A stretch of 56,684 nucleotides of DNA, the filler included, from Platydemus manokwari (taxonomy: Eukaryota), in assembly GCA_037951405.1 (NCBI GenBank). It is 5 parts of 5 records of this genome, joined end to end, with 100 filler letters (N's around TTAATTAATTAA, not from the genome) between each part and the next. Parts side by side here need not be neighbours in the genome. Positions count along the whole stretch, not along the records: positions 36,309 to 45,427 come from JBBMOY011296539.1; positions 45,528 to 56,684 come from JBBMOY010867755.1; 3 more parts are not named here. One strand, 5' to 3'. The position numbers were made by a program, and so were the translations under genes. Shown here one piece after another: positions 39,501 through 51,330 of this stretch. Each line of letters opens with the position of its first letter. Within the stretch, counting starts at the first letter, position 1. The notes under the pieces are model-generated. The model worked only from the letters and a program-made list of their open reading frames with translations, was not told the DNA's origin and made no database searches.

Positions 39501-41771
39501 AAAATATTCTCGATGATTTGACACAATGTGAGTGAATTATTGAATAATGCTCCATAATTATTCCATTATAGCAGATGATACCACTTACATTCGTTGTTGT
39601 CATGCCACTCCGGATGTTCGCTTGATGATGCCTTGTACTTTGCCGGAAGATAGTGAGCTCAACCTATCATCTGTTGCTATGGATACCGAAAACAAAAACA
39701 TAAAATGTAACAACAAATTTCACCAAGTCGTCACACGATTGAAAAGAATCATTCAATGTGCCAATTGGTTGGCTTCATTGAGTCAAGGTCCAATAGCTGT
39801 ACAACAAACCAACTCAAGAAATCTGTGGCTTTTCTCTTATTCTCACAATGCACCTCGAACAAATCTTGTATCGAAATCTTGGAATCATATTTGTGCTACT
39901 GTGGACAATCAAAATCAAGTGAGAAATGATATTTATTGGATTTCTATTGATTTTGTGTGTGATGAATGTGATTGATTTGTGATACATTTTGGGTTGAAAT
40001 CAATTATTATTGATTTGTGATACATTTTGGGTTGAAATCAATTATTATTGATTTGTGATACATTTTGGGTTGAAATCAATCATTATGGGTTTGATATATC
40101 TTAGACTCCGGCTAATACAGACAAAGAGAAATTAATGCGGGAAATGGCTCGATTACGATTGAAAAATGAGGTGTCAAGTAATCCAGAGTCAGATGATAAT
40201 GGACCAGAAGAATGTACTGGCGCTAAATCCAGAAGTCCTTCATGTGACACATTTAGATCGGTCTACCTGATACCGGATGTGGAATATGTTTGTGGCAGAC
40301 TTGATGCCATCAAGACATTGGTGAAGAGCCAACGATATATTTGTGTTATTCCACAAGCAGGTATGTAATGAGTGTTGTGGTGGTACACATGTGGTACACA
40401 ACTTATGATCAATATTTTATAGTTATACAACGGTTGGATCGATTGAAATCTCAAGATCATGGTGCTAGACAGGCTATTAAATATCTTGAAAGTGAAATGC
40501 AATTAAATAACGAGTAATAATTGATTTATTTACCATTTTATCATATAGATTAATGATAATATTATTAATAATATCAATAACAATTGATCATATTTGTAAG
40601 AGTTGTGAGACTGCGATGATAAAGTAGCTGCTATTTTCAAGATTGAATATCTAGTCCTCTCTGCTCATCAATATCGCATATGACCTCGAATCCAATATTT
40701 CATTATTTTTTCATTGGTCAATTATTATCTCATAATTATTATCACTTATCACCGAATGAAATTAGTTTTATTGTCAATATTTGATAGTGCTATTAATATG
40801 ATAATAATATTATTAATTATACTCATTATAATGCTGGGGTTTAAGAGATATAAATTCCATTATTAATATATAATAACATAGTAGATTATTATTTTCGATT
40901 TTCTGAGAAATATATCGAAATATCTTGAGCTAAATTGACATACATGCATTATTGATGTCAATAAATGTTGTGTGTTTCTTTGTATGGAAATGTAGAATCA
41001 TCTACATTTCGATTTTTTCAATCAATAAATACAATAAGGCATGAGGTATAAATAATTGTGCTTATTGGAAAATAGGGTTCTTGCGATTTTTAAAATAAAT
41101 TGCCGATTAAACTTTATTATATTGAACTGAACTAACGAATCAAAAGAAAAATCAATAGAGCAAACCAAATCAGATTGAAGTTAAACATTGATTTTATATA
41201 CTTGGTTCTGATTTTGTGACAGTTTATCAACCAGACACATTAGTATAAAATTCATTGAATATTTTTGTTTGAAAATGAGGTTACCATGTGGATAAATTTT
41301 ATTCGATTCGATTTCCTTGTAATGTGGTACTATTAGATTATGATTTAGAAAATTTATTTATTGAGTAGAAAATTAATTGATTATATGGTTCTCATTTATT
41401 TTAATGGATTTTTATTATTAATTTATAATTTTTGGATATTGTTTATCAATAATATGTTGCAAAACGAATTTTTCCGCAGGCATATTAAAATCGAGTCCAT
41501 CTCAACATTGCGAGTTCAAGATATGGTTTGTGACTACATTTTGGATTGGCCTGCTATAGAAACTACTGCCGTACGATTAGTAGATGAATCAGTCGTTAAA
41601 TCCGGTCCGGGACACGATATTGTTGTAACTATTCTCACAGGATCCGCTTCGAAACTCTCAGACCAATTTTCAGCTCATTACGCTATGAAGAGAAGTAATT
41701 TAATATTTGATATTACAACGATTTTTATTTATTTTTATTTAGTTGATTTTCAATCGAGTATTGATTTCTAA
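36547..41771 (+). CDS. SMG5: Nonsense-mediated decay factor SMG5 (EST1B; 14-3-3-like/TPR plus C-terminal PIN domain), 17 exons, about 1021 aa
   Basis: Exons: 36547-36620, 36676-36774, 36820-36943, 36998-37250, 37305-37617, 37666-37743, 37832-38027, 38093-38465, 38550-38782, 38835-38910, 39177-39252, 39295-39527, 39572-39918, 40105-40360, 40423-40513, 41480-41694, 41743-41771. All introns are GT-AG, total 3066 nt. Motifs: LIFLEPLEFGQKAEDTIWKSIFYE, AIGYYQKL, LLYIGDLYRY, GHAYNQLATL, LPED, LMREMARLRL, YLIPD, VIQRLDRLK..GARQAIKYLE, VTILTG. Boundaries of exons 10-11 are the least certain. Confidence 0.93.
38911..39170 (+). repeat. Degenerate low-complexity TGATTTATTGATTAATTAT repeats in SMG5 intron 10
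   Basis: Read directly; the stretch is almost free of C. Confidence 0.7.
39971..40084 (+). repeat. 38-bp minisatellite, 3 copies, in SMG5 intron 13
   Basis: Unit ATTGATTTGTGATACATTTTGGGTTGAAATCAATTATT at 39971, 40009 and 40047, with one mismatch in the last copy. Confidence 0.95.
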
Positions 41772-41830
41772 AGGCCCGATCTTCAATGAAAATGTGTTAC
41801 GGTGACTGATTGAATGAAATTATTTAGTTG

Positions 41831-41836
41831 AATAAA
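41831..41836 (+). terminator. Probable SMG5 polyadenylation signal
   Basis: First AATAAA, 60 nt after the stop, followed by a GT/T-rich tract. Confidence 0.5.
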
Positions 41837-41859
41837 ATATTGTTTCTTGTTAAATTTTA

Positions 41860-43170
41860 AATTGGCTGTAACCTAGTAACAGTTACTTTTTCCAATGTTT
41901 CTAAAAATGGTTTACAAAATATTATCTTATTGAAACTAGGAACGTTTTGTTATATATTAGGTAAATTGTGATATCATCATTGTGCTCAGTTATATCGTAG
42001 ATAGCTTTAAACATTGGTTTAATGAGTATTGATGCATTTTCCTCTGCTTTTAAATAGCCTTATATCATTGCTTTTATTTTTAAATCAAGCGCTATTTATA
42101 GCAATTATTATTATTTTTAACTTTTTATTGAAAAATAGATAAAGTTCACCTGCATAATAAATAACACCTTGTAAAATATCATGCTCTTCGACTGTCTTGG
42201 ATCATTTAGACTGTATAAATCTTGTTTAAAACGTTTTCCATGTGATTTTAATTTGACCTCTTCTAAATTATTCACATTCTTTAATCGTGCTTATCAATGG
42301 TGCCTCTTTTCTTTTAATGGTTTTCCAGTTTTAACTCAATTATTATCGGTGTGCTATTTTTTACACTGTGTTTGATTTTATCAGTGTGGGTTGACCTAGT
42401 CTTGAAAACAATACGAATATTATCACACCATCAATCTGTGAGCCAAAACAAAACATTTTGCATCTTCAAATAAATCATAAATTGTAACATTAATACAATA
42501 AATGGCCAATCATTATTTAACATAGAACCGATAAATAATTATTCCAGATAGATAAAATCACTACAACATTCAATGTTGTTTCCATCAATATAATCCAAAA
42601 ATCAATTATTGTTCGATATTGTCGTTTTCATCAAAAATATCAATCAAAGATCAAACTAATTAAACATCAATTCCTCCATTGTATTCTATTAACCGAAAGG
42701 ATAAAAATAGTTGAATTTATTGGATTGAATTATCTATTATAATTAAAGTTTCTCTTTTTATTTTATTTATTTGCATCGGATTATTCCAGAAATCAAATTC
42801 TTAACCGAAGTCAAGAAATGTTATTGTTTTATTCAAAATTGGATATAATATGAAAAATTATACTATAGATAATTTTTTAGAAAAGAAAGTGAATTAGTAA
42901 ATGATGGGTGAATCCGTTGCAAAAAAACCTACTTTTAAGAATTCCACTTGATCTTTCTTTGTTTTGTCATCTAATTATATTTTATTGTCGTCTTGGACTA
43001 AGCCGATGGAGTTTTTAAACAGCATCGATTGCGAGATTATTCTCTTGAAAACTCGAGCTTGTCTCAAACTGAGTTGGTCGATCTGCGCTTCTTAATGGTA
43101 AAATATGTGTCATCTTGATATTAATATCAACCTTGACTGATTGCGTTTTTGGGAGTATTTGGTTATTATC
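41860..43170 (-). pseudogene. Decayed spliced coding-like sequence, family unknown
   Basis: Three blocks of coding-like composition with single stops: EAQIDQLSLRQARVFKRII..DNKI*LDDKTKKDQVEFLK|gt, ARLKNVNNLEEVKLK..MIFYK|gt, and IALDLKIKAMI*GYLKAEENAS..RLQPI*. Confidence 0.25.
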
Positions 43171-43599
43171 TGATTATTCATTCCCAGATTATTTTATCAC
43201 TTAAGATTCAACTATTTTAATATCAATTATTATTCATTATATTCTGTTTAGAATATATAATTATAAAGATTAAGAGTAATTTGAAATACATGAATATAAA
43301 AATATAATCTCACATTAACCGACTCTCAACACAATATTTCTCTTTCACAAAATATATTCGTGGTTAACAGTTATGATCAAATAAACATCTCCTTCCAGTT
43401 CTGAAAAAATAGACAAACCAATAATTTTGGAATTAATAAGTAAATTGTTTTTTTCATTAATGTGAAAATATTGATGACATTTTTAATGTAGGTATTATAT
43501 TAAGCTTTTTACAAGCATGGAAAGATTCTAATTGAAATATGAGCTTTTCTATTACCAACAGATAATCATTGAAATATTAAAATAATAGCAGCGACAAAT

Positions 43600-43990
43600 T
43601 ATTCCTCGATTTAGTAGTCATAGAATGATGAGAGTTATTGTGGGTGGATAGATAATAACGTATTAACAATATATATATAATAACGTATTAACCATATTTC
43701 CCCAGAGTATTCCTCTCAATATAGGAATTTCATCAGAAATTAGCTATTTCATGATTTTACAATGGAAATATGGATATAAAAAAGATTATCCAATGACAAT
43801 ACTATCCTTAATAAATAGATGAAAAACATGTCCAGTATGATTTCTATATGATAGTGGGATATTTTGCCTTGAAGAATAAGTTTGAAAGTAAACATGGGTG
43901 ACAGAAACTAATGGGACTCAACTGTATTCACAGAGTTTTGTAAAAGTGATTGTGGATAGGGTGGTGGGAAATATTAGACCTTTGTTTCTG
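43600..43990 (-). mobile_element. Non-LTR reverse-transcriptase relic
   Basis: Minus strand gives GHVFHLFI (cf. FGSVxH) followed by SDEIPILRGILW (cf. IPIxRGIxQGD). Confidence 0.4.
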
Positions 43991-45427
43991 ATATACTGAT
44001 TTCAGGAAAATTCATTAATAATTACAGAAATAGAATAAATCAAATTAATTCGGATAACTTTACTAATACATTTTAAATCACGATGAAAATTACTTGATAT
44101 GATTAATAGAGACTAATCCTTGAGGAAATCTGAGAAACTTTTAAGAAACTAGTGTTCCTCAGTATTGATTTTGAAAGATTGATTTTGTAGTTACACCAAT
44201 GGTCAATTCGTTCGGTTTCGAAGATATTTAAAGCTTGATAATTTATGGAATTGTTCCATAAAATTATTTGTTTTTGTAGTTGAAAACCAACAGTTATATT
44301 CATTTTATTTTCAAATATAATCATATCTAGCTTTAATATGTTTCTATTAATTGAGATTATATACGATTTGTGAGTGGTGTTGATGGAGAATTAATTTTAA
44401 TTTAGACTCTTGAAGTACGTATTCTAATAGAATATTAATGGATTTAAATGAGTTTTGATTTAACGAAGGAAAAGTTTGATCTATTTCTAACTATATCGTA
44501 CAGATATCACTAATCGAAGTTCCCAATTTATTTTATAAAAGTAACTGTGTAACTGAGTTATTTTTTTTGTGAATTGTAGTGTAGTATTAATACCAGTATA
44601 ATGTTATTTAAAAGAGTTGTATTTATCCCAAAAGAACAAGCTTGATTTTAGGTTAATTGGCAACAGTGTGTGATTTTTGAGCGACAGAAACCCAACATAA
44701 TGCACAGTGCTCATATGACTATTATTTTTGTTTGCATTGTTGACTCCTTTTACAGAGATTCGCACACTATTTAAGTGATTCATTCAAACAAAATTTTCCA
44801 AAAATATTCTATTAATTTTTATTTTTTTATTTAATTAATATATTTATGATTTTATTTTAAAATTTTTCTAAAATTGTTTATTGACAATTTTCTAATTTTT
44901 TAAAAGTTTATTTTTCATATCTGTTGGGGATTCATTCATTGGTATTTTGAGAAACTAATATCTGAATTATAAATATATAATTATTGAAATAAAAAATTCT
45001 AAAAAAATTCTTACTAAGTTATTGGCAACCCGACAATCCTGAAATCAGATTATAAATTAATGAAAAAATTTTGACAATCCTGAGTTCAAAACATATGTCG
45101 CTGTCTGAGATTGAGGCATATGTTCTTGTTCTAAGTGGTAAATAAAAAACCTTTGTTCTAATTGATAAATAAAAAATTGAAATTTAAACACATGTTCTTG
45201 AAACTTGAAAAATAAACACATGTCCTTCCTTGTTTAAGTTTTAATAAAATAGGTCTTTGTATTTTGAACTAAAACATACGCTTGGGAAATTAATTTAAAC
45301 AAAGTCACAAAGATAGTAAATGAAATTAAAACAACATGTGCGTACAAAGATATGCTTTGTTCTCACACAAAGAACTGAGCAAAAATTAGTATAAATACTG
45401 GGCAGTGTCTCAGTTAAACTGCCTTAC

Positions 45428-45527
45428 NNNNNNNNNNNNNNNNNNNNNNNNNNNNNNNNNNNNNNNNNNNNTTAATTAATTAANNNNNNNNNNNNNNNNN
45501 NNNNNNNNNNNNNNNNNNNNNNNNNNN
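45428..45527. other. Assembly spacer (44 N + TTAATTAATTAA + 44 N)
   Basis: Read directly. Confidence 0.97.
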
Positions 45528-46182
45528 TGAGGAAAGCTCAAGGTTTAGTTTACACTAATTAGTTTTGAAGCACAGATGATTCACAGCTTTCCGTGACTTT
45601 GGGGCCAGAATTTCGAAGAAAATTTTGGACTGTTAAAGAATTGAAGCGCGTTTTGGTTAAACAGAAATCTGCACAAAAATCCAAGATCTAAATAATAAAC
45701 AATAAATCCTTCCCATTTTAAAAAGCAACATAGAATGCAATGAATTCAACAGTTAGCAAGAAAAATACAAGTCAGAATATTAACTATATCCAATTGTGAA
45801 ATAAAAACACTGATCATTTAACCATCTTATTTTTTCTGATACATGTTAAAATGTTGAATCACGAATAATATTATGAGCAAATTTTAAATATTGTGAACAC
45901 TAACAGTCAGTCACGAATGGTTATTGCTGCTCTTCATGAACGATCGATGCAAATTTTTGCTTAGGATTGACTCTAGGTCGAATTAGCGTAGGGATTATCG
46001 ACTGATTTGGAATTGAATAGAACATAAGCGACTGTTTGATTAACAAGATTTTATGGTGATTAATTAATTTGATTTATTTTTGGATTGTTTACCGGATTTG
46101 TAATTACAGCGTTTTAAATTGTGAACTGGATTTCGGTCATGATAGCTAAATAATTTTTCATTGAGTTATTGTTTTTATTAAG

Positions 46183-46879
46183 TTGAAGATAGATTAATTT
46201 ATGACATGGGTTTGAGTTCTACCAAAAATCGTGACTTGTATTCTATTTATATTGTGTTTCCTTATCGGATCGTTGATCATCCAAACAAAATAAAAGCATC
46301 GAATTCGTCATTTGATAATTTAGTTACTGGTAGATTCGAATCCATGGTTACCTAATCAACTTATTTCAAATTACCTTTCAATATCAGTTATATCAACGCA
46401 TGACTCACCAGTCAGGCAATGGAACATATTTTTATTTGCTACATAAAATAAGATGATGACTATTACGATTTATACAATCATTATTTAGAATATCAATTAC
46501 TTCAAATTGACTTTTATGACATGAAAGTTAGAAATAAATTTGGTGAATATGCTGAAGAACTATTTCAATTAATTTTACAATATGACGGATATTTAATTTG
46601 TGCATCGCAAAATATCAACTGTTGGTTTGGAACAAGAAGACCAAATTTCATCATATTGGTTCAGTGGGCGAACATCGAAAATTTTCATAAATTCAATAAA
46701 ATTGGTTATATTTTAAATCTAAATTTTATAATGAATTTCATATTAAATCCACTTCAATAATTGTTACATATTTAAGAATTATTTTAAAAAATATTTTTAA
46801 CTTAAAAGATTTTCATTTACAATTTATTCATTATTTAAATGCTTTAAGATCAGAAAACTTTCATTTTATCTTTATTTAA
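46183..46879 (+). CDS. Probable DUF1330-like (dimeric alpha-beta barrel) protein, partial spliced model
   Basis: The core exon (46453 or 46489 to 46704) reads YQLLQIDFYDMKVRNKFGEYAEELFQLILQYDGYLICASQNINCWFGTRRPNFIILVQWANIENFHKF. This follows the DUF1330 pattern (EY..L..YGG.....V..LEG...P...II.F.S.E....F). Candidate flanking exons are 46183-46346, 46388-46415 and 46809-46879 (stop). Confidence 0.5.
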
Positions 46880-47383
46880 TTTAAATACCAAGCCATAGGT
46901 GGACACGCAAGAGATCATTGAGAATCACATGGTGGTTTTCATATATTGCGAAGACCTGCATGATATTATTAATTTTCATAAACTTATATAATTAACATAT
47001 CACACCATTTTAATTAACTTAATTTAGCTCATTCCACTTGCGTTTTAAGAGTTGTTTTAAGTATATATAAAATAGATTAAATGACAATTTTTAACCATGT
47101 TTTTTATAACATATAACATATATAAGATATTTGATCAAATACAAGGAATATCGTAGATCATTGGTAAAAGCTTCGCATGAATACCGTAAAAAGCTGATTG
47201 ATTGATTGTAGACGATATGTATTCTTTAAGAACTTCATTTTGGGAAACGACAATTTACAATAATATGTTAAGGATTTTTTAATTAGCCGTTACTTTAATT
47301 GTGAAAAAATATTATGTACATACATTATATGATTGATAATTACCATAAACAATAAATTGTTTATATCTTATAATGAATGATAT

Positions 47384-47837
47384 TGTAAGATTTGAAAAAA
47401 CCCGATCTCAAAGTACCTTGGGACTTTATAAAAACCTAAATACACTCCCAATCATACAAACGCACAACAGCCAATTAGAGGTAAGATGTTCAGATATTTA
47501 AGGTGAACAAACACACCAACATAAAGAAACAAACAATCCAATGAACACTCCCTAATATGAAAGACCAATAATTTCGTTAATCTGATCGCTAAAAATTCAT
47601 TTTAAAATTCAACTTTAAATATATGTAGAAATTTGCTTGAGTGAGTGTGTAATTCCTGAGTGAAAATGTATTTGCAAGTCTGGTTAAGAGAAAATGTGAA
47701 CGAAAATCCTTATGTGACAAGCGTAATTTTTTCTAATAATAAATTGGTATATGTACAGTCGTGTACAGGCGTCGTTTTGAAGATCTGATATTCAAGCAAT
47801 TTATATAATAGATCCATTGGAAAAGAATATCTTGACA
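47384..47837 (+). mobile_element. Degenerate solo LTR (454 bp)
   Basis: TGTAAGA...TCTTGACA ends with flanks ATAT and AAAT. It shares gtaccttgg and caatcataca..cagccaat..agatg with the 50272 family. Confidence 0.5.
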
Positions 47838-48249
47838 AAATTGTTGATAATTAACAGCTCATACTCAATGATAAATAATCATTTCATCTAGGGTATATCA
47901 TGTGACTAGGAGTTTTAAATTTTTACCAGAAGTTGGTACAAATTGGTGTCTTATAGTGTACTTTTTAAATCAAATTAAGAGGTTCTAAGCTCAAATCTTA
48001 TTAAGTTTTATGTAAAATATCCATTAATCACCATCATTCGAAAGGGAATATAGCTGAGAACTAGAGAATAATAATTTCGAAAATTCTAACGAAGATTTGT
48101 TCATTTTCTATGACTTACGAGGAAAAAAGGCTGGGCATTTCAAACATTCTTTGATTTATAACAGAATGCTTTCATTCATAGAAAATTTTAAGCATAAAAT
48201 TCCAAATAAATAAGTGTTTTGTCGACAATCACAAAACAAAAACCCAAGC

Positions 48250-48600
48250 AAATTGGTATTATTCTCGGAAAATAAAACAGGGGTAAAAGGGAAATGCCGA
48301 AATAGAATTGGCAACATCCAATAGATATGGACTAACAGAGAAGAAAAATGACAAAGAAAAAACAACTCACAACACTTGGGAGAAGTTGAAGAAGAATAGA
48401 GAGATTGAGCAGATGAAAAGTTATAAAAGCTGGAGAATATCGAGTACATATCTCTATGTTAGTAATAATAAATTCCTTATTTAGCTGTTTGCCTATCTCC
48501 ACATAAGGTTTTGAATGTCGAGGGGAAGAAAGAACAATTGATTATGGTTAAAATACTACCTGGAGGTAGAAAAGAACTCAGTCGGGAGATAAGTCGTAGA
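48250..48600 (+). mobile_element. Possible Gypsy integrase C-terminal relic
   Basis: KAGEYRV followed by SPHKVLNVEGKK (cf. GPY/F module). Purine-rich and many stops. Confidence 0.25.
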
Positions 48601-49406
48601 CTGTGAAGATCAGTGTTGTAATAAAATAAAAATAATTTTAATAAAAAACCAACTACCCAAAACGTATCACCTTTACGTATTTATCTTTAAGAGGCTTAAT
48701 CTTTCAATTTCTGTTTTCGTTTTTAAACATCTTATTAAATAATAATATTTAAAGTTTACTTAATATTTTACACTGAATTCGAATAATTTAGAATTAGAAC
48801 AGGATTAGCCTACGTGAAGCCCTTAAATTGTAATATAGAGAACAAACTTAAATCATCACTGTTAACACGAATGCAGTTGTGTTGGGAGAAGCCATAAATT
48901 CGAAGTTCTGCAAAGTCAAACTAATTAATTGTCATTTGAAAGATCAAGTTTTGTCTCTTTCCACAGGAATTCACCATCATAAATTAATGAAACAAGACAT
49001 TCAAGATCTCTAAGTATAAAATAACTTCAATAAGCAAGCCGATATTCGAAAATTAAAGAGTGGCATTATGGATGTATGGCGTCGAAATTGTATTGCATAT
49101 TATCACTTATTGAAGTCAGATATTATTTCAATAGAATATCACAATCAATATAAAAACCAATGACAAAATTATTTGTATGCACGTTATTTAAATCTACGTA
49201 TCTAAAACAGTTTAAAAATGCTAATCCATGACTATGTTATTATTATTTATTATTATTATTTTGTTTTGCAATTTTTGTACAGTTTTGGACCCAGATTTAA
49301 TCTAGAAAATAAAATATAGCAAACTATGGAACATGATTTTTCTAGTTTATCGATCTTTCACTTTTGGTTATTCTTTGTCTCGTACATCTTTTGTAATTGT
49401 AGAACT

Positions 49407-49718
49407 CAGTGGTCTTCACACTTTTTGTGTTGCTACCAACTTTATGAGTCCAAATTTTTCCGTGACCCTTAAGCAATAAAGTAAAAATAATAAATTAAAC
49501 TTTTTTAATAACTTTTTTAACAATAAAGAATTAAAATATATTTAATACTAACAACGATTTTGCGTATTCTGGAATAAAACATCTAAGCTTGGCTCTATTT
49601 CGGTTATGGCCGGTCTCGGTACTAATTCCAGATGTATAAAATTCGATCGATATTTTGTCTTCCTATAAGCCCGTATGGAAAATGAAATTTCTTGTGATCC
49701 TTGTTTTGAAGAACACTG
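49407..49718. mobile_element. hAT-family MITE (312 bp), older copy
   Basis: TIRs CAGTGGTCTTCACAC and CAGTGTTCTTCAAAA match at 12/15. Flanks GTAGAACT and GTATAAAT match at 6/8. Confidence 0.7.
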
Positions 49719-49949
49719 GTATAAATTATGATATTATAATATCTAAACCTCAAATAAAATCATTTTGGGATTATATTTTGATAGTAGATATAATTAATTA
49801 TTTGATCACTCAGCTTCGACATTTTATTTTAATAATTTTTGGATTTAATGAAATAATCTGTTTAGAAATTGAAATATTGTTTTTAATACATTGTTTATTG
49901 AAAAAGAAATTGATTTCAATTCTAAACATTTGTTTTTATTTTTGAATAT

Positions 49950-51100
49950 ATTTTTTATACAATTTTATTATTATAGCTACACCATTGCATAGAGAGAAAT
50001 CTTATGCGTGCGCTACTCGGGTGTTATTTACAATGCAAAACATGGCGACATGTTAAATACAAAAATCATATTTGTAAACTTCTTTGAAATAGTTTACGAC
50101 TGTAACTCTAAATCTTTTGTAGCTATTGTGCTTCTACTAAACACTTATGTGTTGAAAAATATATTTAATGACTTACCAATCATTTTTATTATTTAATTTT
50201 TGATAATAAAGCATGTTTAAATATTATTTATAGATAATTAATAATGTGCGTCGAATGACTTATTAATATATTGTTTAGTGGGATTAAATTCTGCAAAAAG
50301 AAAAACAGAATTGCACATTGGAACATTTGCATGTCTACACAACAATACAGGTATACCAATTAGCTAATCATAGTGAAGTTAGATGGTAAACGACAATTGG
50401 AAAAGGGTACAGCTACACAACAACGCACACATAGGGATTGACAAATCCCACTCATACAAAAACTTAAAAACCCAATAAGAACATGAAAAAGCAAATATCG
50501 AATATATCAAATATCAAAATACGATACAAGATGACACAAAAATTACACATAAATCGCGAATATAAAAATCGATGTAAAGATGGCCAACTGAAAGTTGGAA
50601 GCCAAGTTTTGGTTGATATTTTGTGAACTATAGTTTATGTGTAGGTGTACTGAATAAAACACAAGAAAATATATTTTATCTTCGAGTTAGATTTTAATTA
50701 ATTGTTGAGGACCAAACAATATGACAAATACAAGTATAAGATTACTAAATGAGTGAAATTAAACCTATGAATAAAAATTTATAGTCAATAAAAGTTTGAA
50801 ATCTCAAATTTATATCACTTAAATAAGTCGTTAGATAAAATTCAAAAATCACTATGAGTTTATAATCCAAAAGATAGAGTAGATATACAAATTTACCAAC
50901 AAAAGAGACTAATAATTTCGGTCAAGATCCAAATCGTTTTATACTCTTCATGTCTATGTATGTATCATTCAATGTCCTGTGCAACTATTTTAATTTGTTA
51001 AAATATTCTAGATAATATTTAAAGATTGTGATTGAAAATTTTCTTTTTTCTCTGATGTCACTGGTCCAATTGCTCTCTTTTCAGAGTTTTTTTTATCATA
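49950..51100 (+). pseudogene. UBR1/2/3-like E3 ubiquitin ligase pseudogene fragment interrupted by a solo LTR
   Basis: TPLHR (about 49979), DIQIYQ (50882), a frameshift, DPNRFILFM (50926) and IENFLFSLMSLV (51031). Order, and the DPN-to-IE spacing, resemble UBR1 HLPLSR..DIIMLQ..DPNKFLLLV..IEEMLQVLIYIV as I recall it. Confidence 0.45.
50272..50718 (+). mobile_element. Solo LTR (447 bp) with ATAT target duplication
   Basis: TGTTT...AAACA ends, with ATAT at 50268-50271 and 50719-50722. Long alignment with 55787-56211 and, inverted, with 51331-51836. Confidence 0.85.
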
Positions 51101-51330
51101 ATTTTGAATAATTTTCTAAACATTTGACATATGTAATAATAATATATTAATGAAATTCAATAACAACGTTTTAGGATAAATTGGTTATCAGGTAAAAATA
51201 GCATAAAAATATTTTACTTGTTGGTTATTGACTATTATGTAAATCTTATTTTCTTCGTTTTCAAATATTTGAGACTTTGGTTTTGCAATATTTAAAAGTA
51301 ACATGAAAACTATTCCATTATTATAGATAT

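Noticed and set aside
39971-40084. 38-bp partly palindromic repeats as a CRISPR array
   Set aside because: The units are head-to-tail with no spacers, lie inside a spliceosomal intron, and no cas genes are present.
41769-41771. Stop-codon reassignment (TAA as Tyr or Gln), suggested by this TAA and by in-frame TAAs in decayed regions
   Set aside because: About 1800 codons of the three intact coding models contain no internal TAA or TAG, and the decayed regions also contain frameshifts.
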